A stretch of 64,000 nucleotides of DNA from Catajapyx aquilonaris. Its lineage: Eukaryota. The stretch is taken from assembly GCA_000934665.2 (NCBI GenBank), contig JYFJ02001477.1, positions 1-64,000 on the forward strand, written 5' to 3'. Both the position numbers and the translations under genes were made by a program. The notes under the pieces are model-generated. The model searched no databases. It had not been told where the DNA came from and saw only the letters and a list, made by a program, of their open reading frames with translations. The number at the start of each line of letters is the position of its first letter. The first letter of the stretch is position 1. Below are positions 56,991 to 64,000 of this stretch, in pieces.

Positions 56991-59900
56991 ATGAAGCGAC
57001 GCATAGACGACGGCGACGCTTCCGACGCCCCCGGCGCCTCGAGGACCGCACCATCAAGGACCAGACCCAAAGGAAGAGTCACCGCAATCACCCACATCCT
57101 ACAGTTAGTACTTTATAGTAGGCACACGTGCCTTGGAATTTCAATATATGATTCCATTGCTAATAAATTCCATTTGCTAATTGCTCTTGATTAAATGTAT
57201 TTCAGCAGCGGATCTGGCCCCATCTTCGCCCTGGACTTGGACCAAGGCGGAGGGGTGAAGGCGACTATCGTGGTAGGAGACCCTAAGCAGCTGGAATGGC
57301 AGCCGAAGCTTCCGCTAGGAAAATGCTTCAGGTTCAAAGGTCTAGTGCCATGCACTCTTTATAAGGTAAAAAAAATTAATGAGGTGTAATTATTATGCTT
57401 AAATATTTACAAGATAACACACAAAATGTGGACGTTAACAACATTAGAATATACACTGGCGTAGAGTACGAATCATGTTAAGAAAGCAGTCTAATTAATT
57501 GTATGACTAAAGCTGCATTTACATGTAAGCGATTTATCAGCGATGTTTGGGGCGATAATATATTGTTGCTTTCGCCAGCTTTTGCTGAGCGATTGCTGCA
57601 ACGTCACTGATAAATCGCTGACATGTAAAGGTGCGTTTGCATGTGAGCGATTTGACAAGCGATAACAACGCTGAATAACCCGAGTAACCAATTATCGTTT
57701 GAGGCGAAACTCGATTACTACTTTCACCTCAAACAATATTGGTTACTCTGGTTATTCAGTGTTGTTATCGCTCGCTGAAGACTTGTGAGCGATTTAACGA
57801 GCGAATAGCCGAGCGATAGCAACGCTGATTAAATCAAGTAACCAGTATTGTTTGAGGTGAAAGTAACAATTGAGTTTCGCCTCAAACAGTACTGGTTACT
57901 TGATTTAATCAGCGTTGTTATCGCTCGGCGAAGACTTCGCTAGTTAAATCGCTCACATGTAATTGCACCTTGAATGGGGCTTTTGATGTGATATTGAAAG
58001 TATGTGGAGTCGTATTTTTTTTGGCGCAGATTGAACTTAATTTTTTTTAATTTTTTGTACTCCAGGACACACCAGGTGAGGTCAAATGCTTGAAGACAAG
58101 TCCTCAGTCAAGTTTTGAAGAAGTTCCAGACAAGGGAGAGTTTGGTCATGGGGAAAAGAAGCTTGTTTCGTACGAGGTGAGGCTTTGGAAAGATTGGCGG
58201 GGAAAGATTCCTTAGAAAACCACAATAATTTCTGGCATTTATATGTTTTATTAAAGCTTCCTTTTCTATTCGAATTATCCGACGTCTTTTGTTATCCCGG
58301 GCCCATGGGTGATGGATAATCAGGGTTCTACTGTAATTAATCAGAAAATATTAACTTATAAATATCTCCTCGTCGGGCGATAATATCACTTTTTATGACT
58401 CTGTTATTGTGATTTCAGGGCAAGGTGACAGACGTATCGTGGTCTTGGATGGGCCGATATGACCTCGATGGCAAGTTTGCCATGTGGACGACCTTTGTTG
58501 AGGATTTTACGGATATGCCTCCCCTCCATCCTGGTGTCAAGGTCCGACTGCATGAGGTCCACCTGGTCAAACATGGAGCGCAGAGGCACCTGGTGATGTG
58601 TGCGAGAAGTCTGCTGCAGGCTTGGGGGAAGCAGAGCGAGACGGACGACAGTCCTCTTGAGGGCCCGTTGGCCAGATATCTACTTCAACGCAGCTGGAGC
58701 TTTGAGGACTTGACATGGCTGCTTGCATGCCGTGAGGTTATCCGCAGGAAGTTTGAGCAGATGTTGACAGAGGAACATGGAAACAAGGTTCAGGATGTGC
58801 TGAACGACATAGTGATGTCAACAGTGAACACTTATGCGAACGAGGATAAACCAGCGATGCAGAGATCGTTACTTTCTGAGTTTGTATCTCGGCCTCATAC
58901 GTGCGTCCCTCTTGGAAAGGTTGGTTCAATGCAGAAGAGCTTGACATTGCCTATGATAATCTCACTTTATGACAGGGTAGTTTACGTGATTTTCTTATTT
59001 CAGAGCGGGCATCCAGATATGACTGTAATTACAATTGCAGACTTGCTAACAATGCTGCTCCAGTGCCTTTTTACGGACGACAAGGATTTCCCTGACGCCA
59101 ACTTTTGGCGGACAGTAACGTTGGACGAGGATGACCTCAAGTCGAAGGCTTTGCTTGGAGTTGTGGATGCATGCGGAGCCAGTGGATACATCTCGCTACG
59201 TGATGCGACAGGACGAGTCCCACTGCACGTTTTGGGCGAAGTTGATGTGACTAAAATTGAAGGACATGTGGTGCACCTGAAGAAGTACAGAGTGACTCGT
59301 GAAATGTTCCAGTTTGAACAAGGGCCGAGAAAGCCTGCTGTGTTTCGCAAGTATGTCCAGGTAGAAGCGGAAGACATTGTCATCTTGAAACGTGCTTACA
59401 ACCCCAACGCAATCCCACCGTTACGTATTAACGATCTGGTGCAGAAAGTGTACCTCCATTTTAAAACACCTCCGTTCTTGCTGCTGGAAAATGGTGTGTA
59501 CTCCCCTGTGTTTCTGTGTTACGTGTCCTTCTGCGGATTGGCCAGTGTTGCCCCTTCCAACCTGATTCTCGAGAGTGACTTTGTGTCAATGCGGGACGAT
59601 ACACGTAAGGGCTTGCTGCTGTTCAAGGAGCTCCGATTGTACCATCAGTTAGAGCACAACAATGGGTACCTGGTAGCCGTCCCTTACGCAGGCGACAATC
59701 GCGTGTTCTACAAAAAGAAGTGAGTGTCACTGCAAAAAAATGCAGACAGTGTTACTGATTGTTGCTTGTTTGGCAGGTTCCAGCTCCCGATTTTGGATTC
59801 ACTCGGAAGCATCCTGCAGACAAAGGAGGCTGCTGTTGTACCGACGAAGGCCAGGGTATTCCCTCTGAAAGGGGATGACGAAGAGTCTCGTCTCATGCGC

Positions 59901-61020
59901 GGCAAGGAGTTGCTCAGCGTTCATGACGCTATAACAAAAATGGGTGTGGACGAGATGGAATCTGTTGTGGGCGTCTTGCATGTAAGGAAGCACCAGCAGC
60001 CCAGGTACCCGTATGTGCACAGCGCGACCAGAAGCTGCATGAGTTCGGACGACCACTACGGGATTCCAGGGAAGAAGACCCTTATACTGAGCGTTCGCGA
60101 TGAAAACCTGACTTCCTCCGTCATCTGCTGCTACGTGTCTCACTGGGACAACACGCAGTATCCACTTGCGCTCTTGCCCGGTTCGAAAATCAGGTTGGAC
60201 CACGTGAAGAGAAAGCAAGGACGATCGCATCCGTACCTTCTGTCGACTCCTCTGACCCGGATTACTGTGCTGACCCTGCCTGTTGAGACCATCGTGGATA
60301 ACGCTTTTGACGATATGTTCAACTGGGGTCCTCACCGTTTCCTGAGCCAAGTGGAGAATATGGGCGCACGTTTTTGGTGTGTGGTGACGCCTACGAAGGT
60401 CATGAAACTGTACATTCGGGCCTTCTGTAAGAACTGTAAGAGCGCCGAAGTTAAAGGCGGGGCGTGCCGATATGTTGGGTGTCTCAAGCGGTACGACCTC
60501 AAGTACACAGTGAGATCAAAGTAAGTGTTTATTTTTTAACTACAATGTCGAGGATAATTTTTAAAAAAACGATTTGTGCTGCAGGGTCCAAGCACAGGAT
60601 GGAACCAGGGAGGTTTCATTGTATTTTCGTGGCGATGCTGTTCGCGTGGTTCTCAACATGACCCAGCAGAACTGGACTCGAGTGCTGTCCCTTGCAAACG
60701 ATACAGGAGAATTCTGCTTCCTCATGCCTGTGAGTGCCTTTCTCTGCATAGTGTAAATTTAGCACGTACATATTTATGTGATGTTTCAGGCTGCTGCGGA
60801 TCGTCCCTCGTTGTCCCAGGCAGGGGCCGTCTTCTTAAAGTACACTGAATGCGGGGCAATATGGCATCCCATTGTCGTGGTGGCAACCAAGATGGAACAT
60901 GGGGAGGGCACCAGTCGGGCAGGCAGTGGCGGACACCCTCTCCTGTCCGTCCTACATGCGGAAGCGCACAACCCAAGGAAGCAAGTTAAATTCCTACTCG
61001 CACAGCGCAAGAGCACTTGA
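56991..61020 (+). CDS. CTC1: CST complex subunit CTC1; exons 56991-57103, 57206-57365, 58066-58176, 58419-58919, 59004-59719, 59777-60520, 60585-60729, 60790-61020 (~906 aa)
   Basis: Colinear CTC1 motifs: LVSYEGKVT...GRYDLDG...LHPGVKVRLHEVHL; LLGV...GYISLRDATG; PLALLPGSKIRL; CKNC..C...C zinc ribbon; QDGTREV...VLNMTQQNW. The start codon is uncertain. Confidence 0.82.
57510..57972. mobile_element. Inverted-repeat (Harbinger-like MITE) sequences in CTC1 intron 2
   Basis: AAGGTGCGTTTGCATGTGAGCGATTT pairs with AAATCGCTCACATGTAATTGCACCTT, with nested internal inverted repeats. Confidence 0.6.
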
Positions 61021-62071
61021 AACGCACACTGGGCGATTCACTCAGCTCAACAAGGAGCTCCAATAATAATTGAGATGAACGAATCAGATTTTTATGTAAG
61101 AATTTTCTATTTTTTGATAAAAATATATTGAGTTCTGTGATATATTTGCCGTCGAGGAAATATATATTTATTAGTTTATTATTTATGAATGTAGTGTCTA
61201 AGACAAGGGGGAGTGAATATGAAGTTGTTTGTGAAGTCTGTGTCAGGTCAACTTGACGGCTCCTGTAAATGCAATAATTGTTATGAATCAATCAGCATTA
61301 AAAGTATTATTTATTTATTTATTTATTTAATTACCCCATTCTCTGACCTAAGGCCATTTTTAAAGTTTGTATTGTTCATGATGAAAAGTGTGTATAGGTG
61401 CTGGATATGATGGGTCTTTACAGTTTTCACGGCACACAGTTCAAGGTACATGACCAATTACTTGTACGGTTACGGATGGCATTGACTTTCCCCCCAATTG
61501 CAGTTCAACCAGCCCGCCCTCTGCATCAACCCTGTGGGCTCCAACTGGACCTGCACGCTGGGCTCCCAGAAGGTCCGCATCCAGGAGACTCCGGCCGGGG
61601 TGCCAAGGGGATGCATTCCGAGAAGGTGGCCACTCATGCACTATTTACTATTGACAATAACTAATTACTACAGTCCGGATTTTTAGGCAAATGCCTATTT
61701 AGTTCCTTTGCCAGTTGGGATGGTTTTGTGAAGAGATCTATCTGTTTCATAAAGTGCAGGATGTGGAAAATGTAGTGTCTAAAATGGCCTATTTCGTGGT
61801 TTTGGGAACTATTTTGCCTATTGGGCCTTTTTGCGACTTTTCATGCCTATTTGGCCTTTTGGGGGATAGTTTTTGAACTTTTTGAAGCAATTTCGGGACT
61901 CTTTGGGCCTATTCCGTCAGGGGCATGTTCAGTGCAAGTCACCGAGACTTGGGGGATACACACAAAAAAATTATGCAGATGTACAGTATGTTAATGACAA
62001 CGATGAATTAAATTTTTGTGGAAAAACAACGCAGTTGAATAGGTGTCTTTCAAAAGTATCTCTGTTTCCAG

Positions 62072-63760
62072 ATTTTCCACGTAGCCCGGTTTCTGGATAA
62101 ATCCGTGCACGTGGTCCCTGACGCATGGGTCAGCAAAGCCAATATAAAGAGTGCAAATTAATTTCCACCGGATGATTGGACAGGCCTGGATGTTACCAAG
62201 GCGATTTTGGCGCCCAAACCACCTGCTGACAAACGCTTACTATCGAAGTGGTATTTACCCGTGGTATGTATGGCTCTGCACTTATCTTATTTGGACCTGG
62301 GGCTGTAACTGTGTAGATTGCATGCACGTCGCTCATTACTTTTCAAACAATCACTTCTAGCGATTATGAAGAATATAAAACTGCCAGTAAGCACACACTT
62401 GGTCCTTGATGTGAGAGTTATTCATTTACTGGCACCTTTTCAAAACCTTATAGGCCTGCATTAGTTCAAAAGGAATGAGCCCATTCACCGTAGCAGAGTA
62501 CTTGCAGCTAATGCTGTGTTTAAATTACCTTTAAAAGTAGCGATTCCAGAGTAAATGCAGAGTAAATGCAGAGAAAATACGTCACTTGCGCACTATATTT
62601 CTATCACCTGGTTTTTAATGAAATTGTTTCCGCTTGTGCACATATTACTTATTCTGTCCTCAGAATTTCAAGTCCAGATAATCAAGACTCTCACCAATCT
62701 GCAGAAGGACATAGCAGAAATAAAGCTCATGATGAATGACAGTTCTGCAAGGATGCCTACCATCAGTCATAATGCGAAGGACATATTTTTGGGAATACTT
62801 CCCATTAACAGTGACAGCTCACTGGAGAGTGTAGAGGGCTACCTGGGAGAATCTCCTGACAACGTTGAAAGGATGGTATGCCTGTTTGTAAATTTTTTCA
62901 CTTTAACTTAATATGTGATCGTACAAGGAACACTGCTACGTGACTTGTAATGCGGAGAAATCCCGTACAAAAATTTTGGGCCCGAAGTTATTCTTAAGCG
63001 TGTGATTGAATATTTCCTCACTTCACAGTGTCCTATTTTTCAACACCTTTCAGGTTTTGTATCTGTCCACGGGTGGACGTGACGACGCCCGAGAATTTCT
63101 ATCTCCATGAATAATTAAAAGTGCTCTAACAATTGTTTTGAGAAAATCATGTATCAACGGTTCAAAAAGAATTGTCCCTCGCGTCGAGCGGGCAGCCACG
63201 CGTCAGGATGAAAGCAACCAGTTAACTGGTTCCTTTCATCCTGACGCGTGGCTTCCCGCTCGACTGATGATTTGGACTGATGATACACCATTAGATACAG
63301 CTCATTTTATATATCAGAAATATCGGGAATATGTTACTAACGAGAAATTCATTTTTAGATTTTTTTTTTTTTTTTCAATGAGCCCCTTCAATTATGCTTC
63401 TTTAGTGTAATTTTCTAAAGTTTTTATTTCAAAGTAAATGCAAGGGAGGTTTTTTTTTCTTAAATAGGATGAGTAAATATGTCATAAAGTACTAGCTTGT
63501 ACTGTGTATTATTTTATACCAATGTCACCCGCAGAGATAAGTGTCCCTGCACGTGTCCAGGTTTTTTAAAGTGGACTTCGCATGCCAGCTCCACATTTAA
63601 TTCAAAAAGTTAATTGAGGTTCCATTTCAGAGGTAGTGCGGAAGCTCTTTCCGGGCGTAAAGGATCGGGATGTTGAGCTGGACACGGCCAATTATCTCAG
63701 GTACAGAGGCCATCAATGTGTAAACCATTCCCAAGCCATGTTTGCCACTGTTTACATGAA
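62072..63760 (+). pseudogene. Decayed DUF4806-like gene
   Basis: Exon-like pieces FHVARFLDKSVHVVPDAWV...*FPP (in-frame TAA 62159), LPINSDSSLESVEGYL...ERM|, VLYLSTGGRDDAREFLSP* and VVRKLFPGVKDRDVELDTANYLRY resemble, in order, the arthropod DUF4806 protein layout as I recall it. Confidence 0.45.
63183..63264. repeat. 82-bp spacerless near-perfect palindrome
   Basis: GTCGAGCGGG...CCAGTT|AACTGG...CCCGCTCGAC with 2 mismatched pairs. Confidence 0.9.
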
Positions 63761-63987
63761 AGTTACGGAGTATAACTTTTAACATGATTGTATGATATAA
63801 CCATTGTGAATAACATTTTATAACAGTTAAATTATATTATTATGATGTAATATAGTAAACTAGGTATAGCGTATATTGCAATAGCTTTCATTGCATTTTG
63901 TTGCAGCAGCGAGTAGCAGTGACGCAGGTAGCAGCTACTTTTCAATCGCGCATATTCACCTCCCACTCAGTCTGTTGTTCTTCTTTC

Positions 63988-64000
63988 CAGGCGTCCGAAT
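63988..64000 (+). promoter_or_regulatory. Start of another ZNF-type promoter motif, cut by the window edge
   Basis: CAGGCGTCCGAAT is an exact 13-nt match and is preceded by TAGCG/GTAGCAG words. Confidence 0.5.

Overview
Gene-dense animal genomic DNA, most likely an arthropod/insect, judged by the short GT-AG introns and the kon-tiki-type CSPG4, scab-type integrin and cuticle-like genes. From 1 to 27 kb is a rapidly evolving tandem cluster. It holds four copies of an ankyrin + 42-aa TPR-repeat gene in different states: intact with 11 repeats and a new hydrophobic tail, collapsed to zero repeats, intact with 6 repeats, and an exon-less ghost. These are interleaved with five C2H2 zinc-finger genes (one broken) that share an acidic N-terminal domain rich in SUMO-type motifs and ending in DPL, and a common promoter element (CAGGCGTCCGAATGCACC-N8-13-(C)AAGATGGCCGCC). 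One ANK-TPR gene also appears to use that promoter. Next come DCTN3 (minus strand), an array of five CTCF-like sites, about 8 kb of repeat-rich non-coding DNA, a 10-exon CSPG4/NG2 gene tail-to-tail with an integrin alpha gene, a small secreted PV/PY-rich cuticle-like gene, a short CTC1 (CST complex) gene and a decayed DUF4806-like gene. Many MITEs and non-autonomous DNA transposons are present, several confirmed by empty sites in paralogous copies. Gene models were spliced by hand, and family assignments come from motif recognition, not database searches.
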